DNA of 63,854 bases, counting the filler, from Octopus bimaculoides (Eukaryota), in the NCBI RefSeq assembly GCF_001194135.2. It is 5 parts of 5 records of this genome, joined end to end, with 100 filler letters (N's around TTAATTAATTAA, not from the genome) between each part and the next. Parts side by side here need not be neighbours in the genome. Positions count along the whole stretch, not along the records: positions 60,168 to 63,854 come from NC_068986.1; 4 more parts are not named here. One strand, written 5' to 3'. How positions within the stretch are numbered: position 1 is the stretch's first letter; each line of letters begins with the position of its first letter. Below, one piece after another: positions 63,393-63,854 of this stretch. The position numbers and the translations under genes are program-made. The notes beneath the pieces are model-generated. The model saw only the letters and a program-made list of their open reading frames with translations, did not search any database and was not told the origin of the DNA.

Positions 63393-63854
63393 CAAAATTA
63401 TATACCTTAAACCTAATTTTCCCTTTCTATCAATGTTCACAGAACACCTCAGTACAGCAAAGAATAAATAAAGAGGCAACTTCCATTAGTAAATATCATC
63501 CACAGCTCAACATGAACACACAACATAATACAGGACACTACTAACCTAACTAATTAAACCACTAATTTCCATACATCCCATACACTATTCATATTACAGT
63601 ATTTATATCTACCCTAATTACACCACGTCAGAACTGCTTACCTCCCTTGCATGTAATCTTTTCATTCAGAGACTATTAGACATGACACCGTTTGGAAATC
63701 GGTGCTCATTCAAAGTCAGTGAACAGCTTTTGACGATACCGGTATGACTCTGAATCTTCTTTAACAATTCATAATAATGACTTTTATGCCTCAGTTTTAT
63801 ACTATTCTGCCTCAGTTCATCTAATTGTGTATATATATATATATATATATATAT

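Noticed and set aside
1849-63854. Long ORF-track entries rich in CV/YI/HT/SL/poly-X, and those spanning N runs
   Set aside because: They are translations of di-, tri- and tetranucleotide microsatellites or of assembly gaps.
1-63854. tRNA genes, CRISPR arrays, rRNA
   Set aside because: The tRNA-like A/B boxes all belong to SINE heads without a full cloverleaf. There is no regularly spaced repeat-spacer array and no rRNA-like sequence.

Overview
This is animal genomic DNA, very rich in microsatellites and SINEs. The repeat style suggests an octopus or other coleoid cephalopod draft assembly; that is an inference, no search was run. Almost all ORF-track entries are translated microsatellites or N-gaps. 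The only well-supported coding sequence is one plus-strand internal exon (7119-7236) encoding the C-terminal half of a UBX domain (PFPRRDFTKEDATKSLLELGLCPSVALVL); candidate terminal exons lie at 12308 and 27184. A second, minus-strand gene probably ends in a long AT-rich 3' region at about 33.5-36.8 kb. The rest is a transposon graveyard: several tRNA-headed SINE families (labelled A-F here for convenience), RTE, CR1/L2 and R4/Dong-type LINE fragments, two solo LTRs with TSDs, Tc1, mariner and pogo-type elements and MITEs, and Penelope-like termini carrying variant minimal hammerhead-ribozyme motifs. The most notable patterns are (i) those hammerheads, (ii) a step in CpG decay of the same SINE families near 38.5 kb, consistent with a gene-body methylation boundary, (iii) stacked R4-like elements at (AAT)n tracts, and (iv) inverted SINE pairs in presumed introns. 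I cannot demonstrate a new multi-gene system here. Repeat boundaries are approximate unless a TSD or TIR is quoted.
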